Shown here in pieces: positions 38,299-52,039 of a stretch of DNA of 64,000 nt. The DNA is from Lama guanicoe (Eukaryota). The translations under genes were made by a program, and so were the position numbers. The notes beneath the pieces were generated by a model. It had not been told where the DNA came from, made no database searches, and saw only the letters and a program-made list of their open reading frames with translations. Location: assembly GCA_013239625.1 (NCBI GenBank), contig MU053652.1, positions 3,399,902 to 3,463,901 of the forward strand. Direction: 5' to 3'. Positions within the stretch are counted from its first letter, which is position 1. Every line of letters begins with the position of its first letter.

Positions 38299-39943
38299 TA
38301 AGATGTTAACCTCAGAGCAAGTGGCGTGAAAGGTATAAAGGAACTCTCCCTCTTCTATCTTGGCAACTTTTCTTTTAATCTAATATTGTTCCAAAAATTA
38401 TGCTCCCCCCCAAAAAAAGTTAAAAAAAATGTTCTGGGAAGCCATATGCAAAAACAATAAAAAGGCAAACAGTGTAAAAGTGGAAAATATTTGCAGCATA
38501 TATTTTGATAGTTTAATATCCTTACTATGTAAACAGCATTTATAAAACTCTACAAAAAAATATCTTGTAGAAAATGGAAACTAACAAAAACAGGCAGGTC
38601 AAACACACACACACACACAACCAAATTTAGAAGAAAAAAAAATCCAACATCCATAGTAGTAACCAAAGAAATGTTACTGCCATTTTTTTTCACCAATCAA
38701 GTTGGCAAAATTGATGGGGTTTTTTTGGTTGCACTGGATGCTGTTTGTTTGCCTGTTATTAATATTACCCAGAATTGATGAGGGTGTGGGGAAATGGGCA
38801 CTAGAGGAAGAGGGTAAGCTGTTAAAGCCTTCCAAGAGAGGGATTTAGCAATTTAAATCTGAAACCTTATAGATATGGACCTCTGCACCTGTCACTCTAC
38901 TTCTAGGAATTTAAGGATATGTATAAAGATTTACATGGTATTTATGTTGTTTCGAATGGTGAAGAATTAGAAAAATCCTAGTCTCTACAGTGGGCAATTG
39001 GTTAAATCAAGCAGAGCAAATCTACTCCAACCAAAGATGAGGGGACCACTAAAAATGATGCATAAGAATGCTAAGAATATGTAAGGACATGGAAAGATGT
39101 TTACAGAATATTAATCTTTTTTAAACCACTCACAAAACATGCATTCAAAATAATGACTATATATAGGAAGGAAATACACCAAAAATTTAAATCAGTGATT
39201 TGGCTATGCACTTTTGTGTGGTTAACAGTAATTTTAATTTTCTTCAATTTTCTTATACTTTACATAAAACGAAAGAAAAGACCAAACATCTCTCTGAGGT
39301 GGGATGGGTAGATGCTGGCATCTTTCCTTATACCTTGGTCCCAACCTGGTTTGGCATCCCTCTTAATGCTGTGCCTTCTAGCGGCTTTCTTTTTGGTCTG
39401 TGAGTTCCTGATTTGGGTTCACCCTAATAGTTCATTTTCCCACTTACCCATACTTTGGGGCTCCCCAGAGCTCACCACCCTGGCAGCTCTCTGCTGCTCT
39501 CACCTGCTACCAGCAGACAACCATTGTGTCAATCCAGTGGGCCCCAGTTTACACTGGGACCTGGCTTTCTTCCAAAGATAGTCTTTGCACTTGCTTGGGT
39601 CTAAAAGTCCATTACACAAATTCTTGTTTATATTAAGTAAGTTGGGAAGAACGAACAGAATCCATAGATTGTTTCCTGTTTGCAACACCAAGTCCAAAAG
39701 ACCTCCGGTATGATAACTATTTGTCCTTCCTCAGCTGGAAGATAACCATCTAACACCATATTGTGACAATCTGTTTTCCCATCCTTCTCTTTCTGCATCA
39801 GGTTTCATTTATGATTCACCTCAGTTCAGGTTCCATAAATGGATCCCTCATTTATGGAATACCTACTATGTGACAGGCACTGTTAAACTGTAGTACTCCA
39901 AAGATTAATAAGATTTTATTAGCCAAGAGTTCAATGTCTAGAC

Positions 39944-40681
39944 TAGCACTCTCCAATAGAACTTTCTGTGATGATGGAAATGTTCTATATCTGCACTATT
40001 CAAGAACGTAGCCACCAAACTGGGAGTTTGAGATTTGCAGATACCAACTGCTATATATAAAATAGATAAACAACAAGTATCTTCTGTATAGCACAGGGAA
40101 CTATGTTCAATATCTTGTAGTAACCTATAATGAAAAAGAATATGAAAAGGAATATATGTATGTATATGTATGACTGAACTATTATGACTATACTTCAATA
40201 AATAAAAATTAATCAATTAATTAATTATTTTTAAAAAAGAATGTCGCCACCAGCAACATGTGGCTATTGATTACTTGAAATATGACTCACGTGACCAGGG
40301 AACTGAATTTTTTATTTTATTTTAATTAATTGTAACTTAAATTTAAAAACTGAAGCAGTGTAAAATATTTTTCCTTTAAAAACAATTTACTATTTTGGTA
40401 GAACATTTTAACTGTTGAAAATTTAGCATCCAAATTGAGATATTCTGCAAGTGTAAAATACATATATGGTTTCAAAGACTTAGTATGAAAAGTAGAATGT
40501 AAAAGATGTCATTAATAATTTTTATATTCATTATATGTCAAATTTTGGATATATTGAGTTAACAAACTATACTATGAAAATTAATTGCACCTGTTTCCTT
40601 TTACCTTTTTAAAAAATGTAGTTACTAGTTAATTTAAAATGACATATGTGGCTTACATTAAATTTCTATTGGATAGCACTG
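39944..40681 (+). mobile_element. hAT-Charlie1 family element (MER3/MER33-like), interrupted by L1
   Basis: TIRs tagcactctccaatagaa and ttctattggatagcactg; 8-bp TSD gtctagac/gtctagag. Confidence 0.8.
40018..40236 (+). mobile_element. LINE-1 3' end nested in the hAT element
   Basis: Same subfamily text as the 12.6-12.8 kb element; 16-bp TSD at 40002-40017 and 40237-40252 (2 mismatches). Confidence 0.8.
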
Positions 40682-42645
40682 GTCTAGAGAAAGAAAGGAA
40701 AGTAGTATCTAAAACAGTCTCCTACTAAAATACATTATAGGTTCCAAGAAATGTGTGCAAAAGTCTAATGCATGAAAGTTAAACAATAGACTTACCTGAT
40801 ATAATAGAGTGGGGTAGTTAATTCTCAAGAGCTAAAAAATATTATAAAATCCCTAATTTAAATGTACATGAAATAAGAGCCCTTTATCCCAATTTCAAAA
40901 ATAATTCATGCTGGTCATCAAGAATAAACATTACAGAAGTAACTCAGGATATTATTGTATTGTCATATGTGGAGAAGACTGGGCTCAGGGGAGATGTCAT
41001 ATGTACTCAAACAGAAGATGCAGTGTTTTAGGCTATTTCCCCTGAGGAAATCCAAAGAATGTGTTTTTAATTTTTTGACTAAGCTCTCACCTATACTCTC
41101 CAGATGAGACTGTCAAATGTTGGTAATATGTGTGTAATTTTAAAAGCTGTGGAATTTAGCAGTTGCTTCATTTGTATATAAAGTTTACAGAATCAAAAAT
41201 TTTTTAAAGATGACAGTGACATTACTTGCAATTAGAAAGTTCCCTTGAAGATTTTCATCAGATTTTTTTTTAGTATCATGAAACCTGATATGGAAGAATA
41301 AAAAACCTCCTGATTTTCTAAAAAAAAAAATATATATATATATATAATTATTATTATTATTTGAGCAAAGGAGATTAAAAGGTAAAAAGAAAAAAACTAC
41401 AATTGATGTAAAAGAGACATACAAATTCTGAAGCATATTCAAAATTTAAATTTAACTTATTAAAAGAGTGGATTGCTGAGTCAAAAGGTAACTCTATGTT
41501 CAACTTTTTTAGGATCTGCCAAACTGTTTTTCCAAAGTAAGCGCCCAACACATTTTGGAAGACACAGAAGTAAAGATAATCCCTCATTCCAAAGAGCTTA
41601 CAATTTATAGTAGGTGGAGAGATGTGATTAACATGTATACATTAAAAGTATAATTACATTGTGGCTTATAATTAAGAGCCAAACCACGCAGCTCTAAATT
41701 AAAAGTGGATCTACACACAGTCATACATTCTTAGAGCTGGAAGGGAAGAGAAGAGAAATACATATACATTTGGACACATTTCCATGTCAGTACATATACT
41801 TTTATGATAAATGCTCATCAATAAGAAGCTCTTTCAATAAATTATGATATAACTATACAACGGAATACTATGTGACCATTAAAAACATGTAAGATAGGTC
41901 TTTATGAACTAACATGGAATGATGTCAAAAATACATTTATAAGCAAAAAAGGCAAGTTGCTGAATAGTATATATTACAATTCAATTTTAATTTTAAAAAA
42001 TTTGTACAATTTTGTACAATTTGGCTATCCAAATTTATTTATTTCTAAATTCAGACAGCAAGAGTTAAAGTTTGGGTAGTAAATTCAGATAGTGAAGGAT
42101 ATTAAGTTTTCTGAATGTATTCAGCTCCTAAGTTTCAGATTGCGCCTAAGAGTTGGGATGAGAAGAAATATATCTCAAAATATTTATCTGAATTTATCCA
42201 GTTCCTAGGTTTAGAAAGAAATAGTTCAGCTTGTTATATGTGTTTATGCACAAAAATGGTCTGGAAATAATATGCATTTGAACTGCTAGCAGCAATCATC
42301 TTTGAGGTAGTATTTTCTTTCTATTTTAACATAATTGTGTTATTTGAATTTCTTACAATACATGTGAGTACTTCTAATCAGAAAACAACACAATAGAAAT
42401 GTCATTTTAAAAAAGCAGATTCTGGGAACCTGGCAACCTAAGCAGAGACACTACTTCAGTGAGTAGTCTTAAGTATGTATCTGCATTTTTTTTGTACATC
42501 TGAAAAGATATTTCTTTTGGACCAATTCTTAAAAATGGAACTGCTAGGTCACAGAGTGTGAACATTTTTTATATTCCCAGGTTGCTCTCCAAAAAAATTA
42601 TACCAATTTTCTTTCCCACCAACATTGCTTTGAAAGGGCCTGCTT

Positions 42646-42890
42646 TAGACCCACAGATATAAAGAACAAACTACTGGTTGCCAGTGGGGAGGGAGGAGAC
42701 AGGCAGTATAGGGGTGGGGGAGTGGAAGATACAAACTGTTGGGTGTAAGATAGGCTCAAGGATGTATTGTACAACACAGAGAATATACAACACAGCCAAT
42801 ATTTTGTAATAACTGTAAATGGAAAGTAACCTTTAAAAACTGTGCAAAAAAATTAAAAATTAAAATACAAAAAAAAAAAAAAGGAAAAAA
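42646..42890 (+). mobile_element. LINE-1 3' end with poly(A) tail
   Basis: Perfect 14-bp TSD gaaagggcctgctt at 42632-42645 and 42891-42904; sits within an older antisense L1M fragment. Confidence 0.85.
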
Positions 42891-44788
42891 GAAAGGGCCT
42901 GCTTCCCACAGCTTCCCAATACTGGTATCACTAAACAGTGGACTTATACCAATCTAAGGAAAAATATTTCATTGTTTTACTTTTATTTCTTTAATTCTTT
43001 AGGAATTTGAGCACTTTTTTTTTTTTGTCATTTGGCATTCCTCTTCTGTGAACTTTCTATTAATATATTCTGACCATTTTTCTACCAACTTGTTTGGCTT
43101 TACCTTATTTTTAAAACTCTTTATGTATTGGGGATATTACAGTTTGCCCCAATTTTGTGTTGCAAAATTTTCCCCAGTTTGTCTTTTCACTTTACATTTT
43201 TTTTAATCCTCTCTCTCTACAAAAGGTTAAATATTTTTATTCAGTCCAAATATCAGTCTTCTCTTTTAAGTCTTCTGGATTTTATTTATATTGTGCTTGG
43301 AAAAGTCTTCCCTACTTTAAGATTAGGAAACTTTTTACTAGTGCTTTTTTCTAGTACTTTTATGGTTTCCTTGTTTTATCTTTCAATTTTGTTCCATCTG
43401 GAATTAATTTTTATAAAAGGAAGTAGTTCACATCACCTTTCAAATATATTCTTCAGGAATATATTTTTCAGCATTTTATTTGTGTCTCTAATTTTGATCT
43501 TTTTTTCCACAAATAAGCAGAGTCAACAGGTTTAAGTCCAAATATGTGACTGATGCTAAAACGCATCCCTTCCAGCACGTCTAATAATTTCCAGCTTTGT
43601 CTCAAATGAACTAAATTTATAAAATCTACTCTTATCACTAACATCAACATATTCATTTCTCTGTGTATAAATGTCAAAAGACTAACTATTCATATAGATG
43701 TACACACACCAGTGCACAAAGATACTGATGCCACTGAAACTAAACAAGGCTGTCGTTTGAAATGTTCGTTCCATGAGTTCAAGTACGAAAACCCAAGTTC
43801 TGGGATTTAGGAGTATCTATGAATAACGTCCCCAAATTACAGTTACTTGAACATCAAACATATGAGAGGAAGGATTGGGGTACATGACAGCAAGATAAGA
43901 TGGGCTACAACAGGGCGACAGCAGGGGTCTCAACTGTAGGGACCCAACTTTCCCGGGAGGTCCACAGAAAATGTTAGAGGGGCGATCTTTGAGACAGGTC
44001 TTAAAATTGAGGGGTGGTTCAACATTTGAAGAGTCCAACATTTGAAGATTTGGTGAGTGGCATTTCAGACAGAGGAATCAAGTGTGGGCAGGTGGCTAGA
44101 CTGGAAGGGGCATCTTAAAGTCCTGATATCATCTTTCTTCACCCCTCCCAACTTCCCCTCTTCAAAGGAGGGAAAGATCTGACGTCAGACTTGCTGATTG
44201 ATTATTTGACCTCATTCACAATAAATGTATTTCTCTAAGCCTGCATATACATTTTATACTTTCTTATCTTATCTTTAATTGTGTAATAAAAGACTTTTCC
44301 CTCTTTGAAGGAACTTCAGATAAAAGCAAAGCAGACCAGGAGATTTTATAGGAGATAGCTGAATGACCTAACTTAATCCTTTGTTGATGTGGTGGCCTCG
44401 GGCACCAGGTAGCCTTGGCTTCTTACCCCTAGAATGCCCCTCCTCCCCTGCAGAAGGTGATACTCTCCTTTTGGTCAAGGCCTGGACTTGGCCTCACACA
44501 GGTCACCTTTTTCTATACTTTCCAGCCTCTTTCCCTTCCTCAGTCCAAGCTCCCTACCTCTCACCTAGTCCCAATACACCCAAATCATTATTATACTGAA
44601 AAAAGTATTTTTTCGATATTTAAAAACTTAATCCTACTTCCTCTGGTCCCTGAGTCCCACCACTCTGCACATTTTGAAATTAATTAAAAGATTTTAATAC
44701 CAGAATTCCCAACTTAGCAGTCATCAGTATATATCCCTGAACCTCTCTTTAACGTGGATATTCTGAAAAGCATGCTGTGTCTATAAGG

Positions 44789-44992
44789 CAGTGGTGTGCT
44801 GGAGCCATCTCAGACTAGCTCACCAGAGCCAATGTGTTCATTTCTTCCCAACTCCATGTTCAGTGATGTCACTTTGGTAGCTCAAAATAAGCAATGGTGG
44901 GAGTATTTATATCATAGAAATCAGCAAGTGCTAAAAAATCAGGGCTTTCAACAATCAGAGACGATTGTTAAACGTTTACCAGCACACCACTG
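44789..44992. mobile_element. hAT-Tip100-like MITE
   Basis: Perfect 14-bp TIR CAGTGGTGTGCTGG...CCAGCACACCACTG. Confidence 0.8.
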
Positions 44993-47900
44993 TTTTAAGA
45001 ATTCTTTTAGTTTCCACTAATAGAAATTTGCTTGAACTAGCATAAGCAAAAAGGGAAGCTTATAATAAGAATCTGCTAGTGATGTGCTGTGATGCCTGAG
45101 TGGGTAAACAGATGGGCCTGAGGAATTAACTGGAACCAGAGACTTGAAAACCAACAGGACTTTCCATTGCAACTCTCTGCCCTTCTCTGTTTTCATTCTT
45201 TTCTTCTTGTTACAACCTGCTTTCTCTGGTTCCCAATCTACATGAAGGGAAATGTGAAAACCTGCTGAAGAAAATGATCTCTTTCCTGGTCCTAATTCCA
45301 AATTCTCAGGAAGGAACTCCGATTGGAAGAAAGTCCTACTGACATCAGTGCCTGGACAGGGTGAAGGGATGGGAACAGGCAGGATTACACTGTAACAACA
45401 TGCATGAGAATCAGGGGAAAAAAGAGGCTCCTAGAAAAGAAAAGGGCTGAGGCAGTCAAACCAAAAAGGTCCACAACACTTATAAAGACCTTCTCTCATC
45501 TATTAATAGCTCTCACCATCACCTTGACAGGCCCTATCAAAGGCGTACATGCACCTTATTCAGTACATTAACCTCCTAGGCAAAAGGAGCTGCCCTAAAA
45601 ATTATAGAGAGGAAGATGGCTAAGACCCTTTACTGGCGGCAAGTAACAGAAATGCTGAATAAGGGAAATTTTCTTGCCCAACAAGAAGTCCACAAGCAGA
45701 ATTTGTTAATTCAGCAGCTCAGGGTCTAGACTCTTCCATATTCTCACTCTGATATGTTTAAACTAACACCCTTATGGACAACAGGTCGCTGTCACAGTTG
45801 CAGTCATCATGTGCAGATTCAGTATCATCCACCAAACGAAAAAGGACCATTTTATTCCTGGGCAGGTCTTTTTTAAGACTGAAGAAACTTTTCTCAGAAT
45901 GCCCCCACCAGCAAACATCCCTTTCCAGAATTAGATCACATGTCCATGAATAAACCATTCACTGACACAGGGGAATGGCACCACCCTGGCTGAGACCACC
46001 TGGGACTTAAGTCTTGTAAGGGAAGAACAACAGAGTAAAATGGGCATCTGCTGGAAAAGAAGAGAAACAATCAGTGGAGGTTATCACAGACCCTCGCTGC
46101 ATCTGAAGGGGTACAACCAGAGAAAAGAGACAAGAAGACTCTGGCCCTGAGTAGCATTTCTCCGAGCCCTTTTGTCTCACTCAACTCTCTGACCTGCCAG
46201 TCGGTCTTACTAACCCTGGCTGCAGACCCTTCCACTGGGACATGCTTCCCCCTTTTGATTTACACTAATTAGTGGCAGAGTTGGCTCCCTGCCTGATGGT
46301 CTCACTGCTAAATCAAGATTTTGGACATGAAACTTCATGGTGACACAGGGCCCTGATAAACAAAGACAATTACAGACAACAGGCCCCTGTAATAAGGCAG
46401 CTTGAGAATCTGCCCGTGAGAGAGGCCAAGCTCCGAAGACAGAAGATAAGAACTAGAAAACAGTATTGCCTGGGATTATAACATTTTTGTTTTTGTTTTT
46501 CTTAAAGTATTTCATGCATTTCCTTTTGTACACAGAGTGAGAATCTGCAATGAGAAATAAGTTATGCAAAAAAGGACAAGTATAATTCTTTTCATAATAC
46601 ATCTTTTTCCCAACTTCTCTGGCCCTCTCTAATAACTTCCAGTCTACATACAAAAAAGCTCCATTTTCTGTTTTCATCTGTAGCATTGTTAAAGGTAAAT
46701 ATAAAATGCAGCCCTTCTTTACACTGAGGCCTGTCTATAAATGTACTATTCAGTTGATAACATATTAGATACTAAAAACAAAAGGGAGAGGCATTTTCTA
46801 CCTTTTGTCTCCTTCACTACCCCTGCCTGTTTGTGCCTGATTTGTGTTTCCTCTAACCCTCCCATGCACCTCTGTGACCACATGTTTCTGACAGAAAGAG
46901 AATATCCAGGTGGCCTGGTACTTGGAAACTTGTCAGACGTTATTCAAAGCAATAAAGAACACATCATACAAGTCTTTGGTATATTGTTACAGGGAAACCC
47001 TGTTTAGAATTCACTAATTGGGAATTTGTGATAATTTGAGGAAGGGCTGGCTGAAGTTAACCTCTGTACTATCTCTGGAAAAAAAAAGGGTTCACTGCAG
47101 TTCTGAATAGTGTAAACAAGATTGGAAAGGAATAATTATCTACTTAAAAGAACCAGTTGTTTCGAAAAGCTTTAGAAGTATCCTTTTACATACAAACAGG
47201 GTAATTATGATTTAAACAAAGGCTGGCCTGTTTCTAAGGCTTCTTTGAAATGTCAATTACAAATTACTCTTGTTTATTCACCAAGGAAAAACCCACCCCT
47301 ATGTACCAGGCAACAGTTGGTTAGCTCGCTTCCACTTATTCTATTTGAAAATAATAAACCTAAGTTCTTTTAAAGCTGTATAATTTAATTCAGGCTTTTC
47401 ACTAATCTAGACAGTTGGTCCATCCTGCAGTGTGGGTGAAGCTTTACTAATTACTAGCATACAACAATCAGGAATGCTTGGAGTGACACCTGCCTTCACT
47501 AACTTAGTGGAATAGCCGGCTAATACAGAAAACCGACAAAGAAAACTACTCCAGTGGCTTTTATTTTCTATCCTACCACAGTAAAAACCACATTTTGCAT
47601 TGACTGCAACTCAGTACACACATACTGAAACAAAAACAATACTTATCCTTATTATGTGTGATACTGTGTTATTTCCTATTTATTTTTTAATAAATGCTAG
47701 TCACAACCCCCTAAATTGGTTTCACAATCTATTAATGGGTCGCTGTTTTGAAAACATCACCCTAGAATTTGTTGGGAGATGGTACTGCTTTGTGAGAGAA
47801 CGGGGGTGGTGGTGGTGGCCTTGTCCGCGGCAAAGCACATTAAAAAATTCCAGGAAATAAAAATAGAATCTGGGTAATAAAATAAAGTCTAACCTTTTCT

Positions 47901-48004
47901 TTCTTTTCCTCTGCGCTTAGTCTAGTTTCACTTGCTCATAGGGTGTCAAGTGCAGAGACCTCACACAGGGCACTTCAGCCGAGACTGCCTAGTGCAAAAT
48001 CCAC

Positions 48005-48250
48005 CTCAGCTTGGCGGGCGACACTGCGACTCAAGATGGCGGCGGCGGGTCACACTGTGACTCAAGATGGCGGCGGCGGGCCGTGTGCAGACGCGCCCAG
48101 CGGCGCACTGCGATCTGGCGCTGTGAGTGGAGAGGCTGAGCACGCGCAAGTACTCCGCCCCTCCCCTCTGAGGAGAAATGTGCAAAGCAGCCCCGCCCTT
48201 GGCGAGTTGGGAAGAGCCTGCGCTCTGCAGCCTGAGTTCGCACATCTCCG
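48005..48250. promoter_or_regulatory. Orphan CpG island with tandem YY1 motifs
   Basis: CpG-dense; CAAGATGGCGGC at 48032 and 48063 within a 31-bp tandem duplication; GC boxes (CCGCCC) nearby. Confidence 0.65.
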
Positions 48251-48287
48251 TTCTTTGAGCAATGATATAAAGCTTTCCTTTGCTTCT

Positions 48288-48422
48288 TTTTGTTTGTTTG
48301 TTTTATGAGGGGGAGGTAATTAGGTTTGTTTATTTATTTGAATTTGGAGGAGGTACTGCGGATTGAACCCAGGACTTCGTGCATGCTAAGCATGTGCTAT
48401 ACTACTTAAGCTATACCCTCCC
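48288..48422 (-). mobile_element. tRNA-derived SINE (camelid Vic-1-like)
   Basis: Minus strand GGGAGGGTATAGCTTAAGT...GGGTTCAATCC...AAACCTAATTACCTCCCCC; perfect 16-bp TSD gctttcctttgcttct at 48272 and 48423. Confidence 0.88.
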
Positions 48423-49049
48423 GCTTTCCTTTGCTTCTGAACCAAACTCAGTCTCTTTCTGTTGACTCCAATGACACTGGGCAGGAGGACCCTTGTTGGG
48501 CTTCAGAATCGGGAGGGTCGGTAACTGGGGGAAGAGCTGTAGCTATCTGCTTTTCTTGATGGCGTCCTCTCCCATTCTCTCAAATCCTTGGCCATCAACC
48601 TCACTGCACTGGTCACTACTGCCCCTTGTACCTCAACATTCAGTACAAAGCTCATTCCTACCTTCACCAACCTTTACAACTAAGTTTCCATTTCCCATCT
48701 TTTCTTCAAAAAAAGTTTTGAAGTTTCAGACTCTTGAGTTTTCTGAGTTTCTGCCTGATCTACTGATAGTTGGCCAGCCTTAGTCACTGCAGATGAGACA
48801 AGAGGATGCTGTAAGGTCTCTCCACTCAATAGTGTGAGCCCTCCCTTGCTTTACTTAACTGCTCCCTTCTCTGCTCAGTTTCTGATTCTTGGCTCCATTT
48901 TCCATTAACAGTCCTTCTCTGCTCTCTGGACTCAGTTTGGTTTTTGGTACTTGGTGTTTGGTCTCTCAAGTTCTTATCTAATTGCTGTCCATTAAGAACA
49001 TTGATAATGCATTGTCATCATAGTAAAAAGAACATCTCTGCGATCAGAC

Positions 49050-49260
49050 AAAACCCAAGGCCCAGCTCCCCAACACTCACCAGCTATATGACCTTGTGTA
49101 TATCATCTGATTTCCCTGAGCCTCAGTTCCATCACCCATACAATTGGAAAAATACCTGTTTTGCAGGCTTGTGAATTAATCCTTATAAATTAATCCTTAT
49201 AAAATGCTTACTTCAGTGCCTGGCATATAGCAAGCACTCTCTAAATGTCACTTATTATCA
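49050..49260. mobile_element. MIR SINE
   Basis: ctgagcctcagtt...cagtgcctggcatatagcaagcactc MIR-like core; similar cores near 5.8-6.0, 10.6, 15.7-16.0 and 36.7 kb. Confidence 0.7.
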
Positions 49261-51562
49261 GTATATTGTTACTGTTATTACTGGCTTAATTTAACCTACT
49301 GGCTCATCTCTCCTCCCAACTAAACACCACCCAATCATGGAGGGCAGAGGTTCCAAGTTTGAGACTGTCTACCATGTAGCCATAGCTCCCAGTTTTCCCT
49401 ATTCACCAAACCTTCTCCAAACACCTCCTATGTATATACTTTCATTCTTCACCACATTCATCTCAGTTAGACCCTTCCCTGTACCCACAGTTCCCGCCTC
49501 ACAGTTCCTAACAAGAATTGTCATGTTTGACGTAGGTGGACACTGCCACAAAAGTCAGTTCTGATCATTTAGTTGTGTGGATGGACCACAGATAGGAATC
49601 AAGCCCAAGAATTCCATGACTCCCCTCAAGCAAGCTACACAAACAGTTTCCAATCTTCTATCACAAAACCCAGAGGTGGTCCAGCTTGTCCCATCCAGCA
49701 AGGAGAGACCAAAGGAGGGACTGTTATGCAGCCCAGCGACCCGACCCTGACAGCTCACACCAGGCTCTGCATTCAACCAACACCAAGCCACGACTAGTGT
49801 TTGCAGCCCCAGTTTCATGAACTATCTCCCACCTCATGTGTTCTGTACCTCGCTCATTAATCCAGTTTCGATTTGCCTGGCCATGATTTTGCTCTTTATC
49901 CTACCATGTCCTTGTCCTATTCCTTTCAGTGTATTTCTCTCCATGGCTTTGGCTGTCCTCCCAACTGTGTTTGGGTCTGTTTTCAGTTTAATGTACTTAC
50001 AAATTACCCTAGTTAATCCCTTCATATTTATAGCCCCTGGTTTAATTCATCCCTGTTTCCTTCTTCCAGTGGGCAGCTATCTCCCACTCCCCCAACTCTG
50101 ATCCATTCTAGCTCCGTGGATGAGACCATGAAAAGTAGCAATCTTTGACATAAATTACTTTTTGGAGAATAATTCATTGGTTATATTCTAGATCCACAAT
50201 CAAAAAATTTGGGGCATGGTCTCTTACTCTATTATCTGGAAAATAGTCATTGTCCTTTTCCTGATGAGATTATATCAGCTTGGATATCATTTATGGCTGT
50301 GTGGGTGGTCATAACTGACTTACCTTGAAATTGGGATCTTCCATCTTCAGAGAGTAATACTAAGATCACAGTAATTAAAAGCCTAAATTTGAAATCAGAC
50401 AGCTTAGGTCTAAACTGTGCCCTGCAACTTACTACTATATTTTGAGCTTGTTTTTGTTTTTGTTTTTTTAGTTTGGGGTTCTTCATTGTTTGTTCTGGTG
50501 CTATTTAAACAAACAAGCATCTCGATCATATCAAATTAGACATATCAGAATCATTCACTAAATTTTAGATATTGGTACCTGCCCTGCTTTCACTGCCTCT
50601 GCTCTCCTCAGTTCCTCCCATTTGCATTCAGGAATCTTTGCATATTGATTCCACTGCATTATATATCTGTCATATTGTCTGGCACTGTGCTGGGTCACAG
50701 AGATGCAGATAACAAGTCGTGGACTCTACTTTGAAGGGTGGGTAAATATATATATATAAAACTTTCAAATAAATACGTTCATTAAAGTGTTAAGGGTGCC
50801 AAGATAGAGAATGTTTCAAGCATTATGCTGCTTATCCCTGGAGCACAAGGGAAGGCATAGTGAGTTCTGCCTGGGGGGATAAACTGGAGGAGGGTATCAG
50901 AAGTAAAGGAAATCATGGAAAAGGTTAATGCTTGAGTTGAATATTGAAGTTGTTCTGCTATCACTAGCAGCCTCAGACCTGTTCCAATCTGGAGGAAGTC
51001 TAAATAAGACAGTCTCCACAAATAGGCTCAGAAATGTCACCCCATGTCCTGGATTCTGCTGGCCTAGTTCTGATTGCTGGGGCTCCCACATTACCTCCTG
51101 GATCTTTTTGTTGCCAACACTTAAGGAACTTGAAATTATCAGGAGTGACTCCTGAGCCCAATCATAGCTCTGTGGTATCTCTCCCAATACACCATAAAAG
51201 GCTCAGTTCTTAGTATTAAGCTGAAGTCTTTATCAATGTAGTATTCAAGTCCTTCCCCAACACTTAAGCCTTTCTTTGAACTCCAGCCCGGTTACCAGAG
51301 GCCCTGCTTCTTATCTTGTCCTTGCCAGCCCCCTTCTCTGGGATCTGGGCCTTGTTTTATATCCCAGCTGGGGTTCTGCCACCCATCTAGAGAATGATCT
51401 CCAGAATGGCCACCCATCTACTGGGCCTGCTTGAATTCCTCACTGCTGGGGTCCCCACTTAACTGGAAAGCCCAACCCCAGCTATGTCTGGATGGTGGCT
51501 AACTTTCTTTTTTTTTTTAATTTTATTTTTTATTGAAGTGTAATTAATTTACAATAACTTTA

Positions 51563-52039
51563 AATAAAGACTGTTTCTTGGCCCAAATTGTCATCAGGTT
51601 CCTCTGAGCCCTCTGCTCAGCCAGATCTCAACCTTTGTCCCCATCCTGTCTTTGGCTGCCCAGCCCAGTTTTAGCAAGAATCCCGTAAAGTAAGTTTAAT
51701 GAGAGTCCTCCACTCTTAATATCTGATCATCCTTGACATCTGATCAAGTTCCTCATCCTCCACCTTTGATGTATAAGCCCTTGGTCTGCCTTTAGCAAGA
51801 ATTCTGCTAGGTTGATTTAGCAGAAATTCCCCTACCCTTAATCATTCCTCTTAGTAATTTTCCATCCACTGACCCCCTCATCCTGCTCTTTGGCTATAAA
51901 TCCCCATTTGTCTTGCTGTATTTGGAGCTGAACTTGATTCCTCTTCCTAACTGCAACAGATTGGACCCCTGTTATAAAAGTCTTGAATCAAGTCTTCTTT
52001 ACCATTTTAACATGTGTCAGAATAATTTTTTCTTTAACA
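51563..52039 (+). mobile_element. ERV1-type solo LTR (MER31/MER67-like)
   Basis: ctctgagccctct...ttttagcaagaatcc...tgatcaagttcctcatcctccacc..., ends ttctttaaca; related to the 13.0-13.4 kb element. Confidence 0.6.

Noticed and set aside
43128..43535. Hydrophobic 135-aa ORF
   Set aside because: It is T-rich, degenerate antisense L1 sequence.
47943..48308. 121-aa ORF containing ATGGCGGCG
   Set aside because: It runs into a SINE tail and has no recognisable homology; YY1 motifs in GC-rich DNA explain it better.
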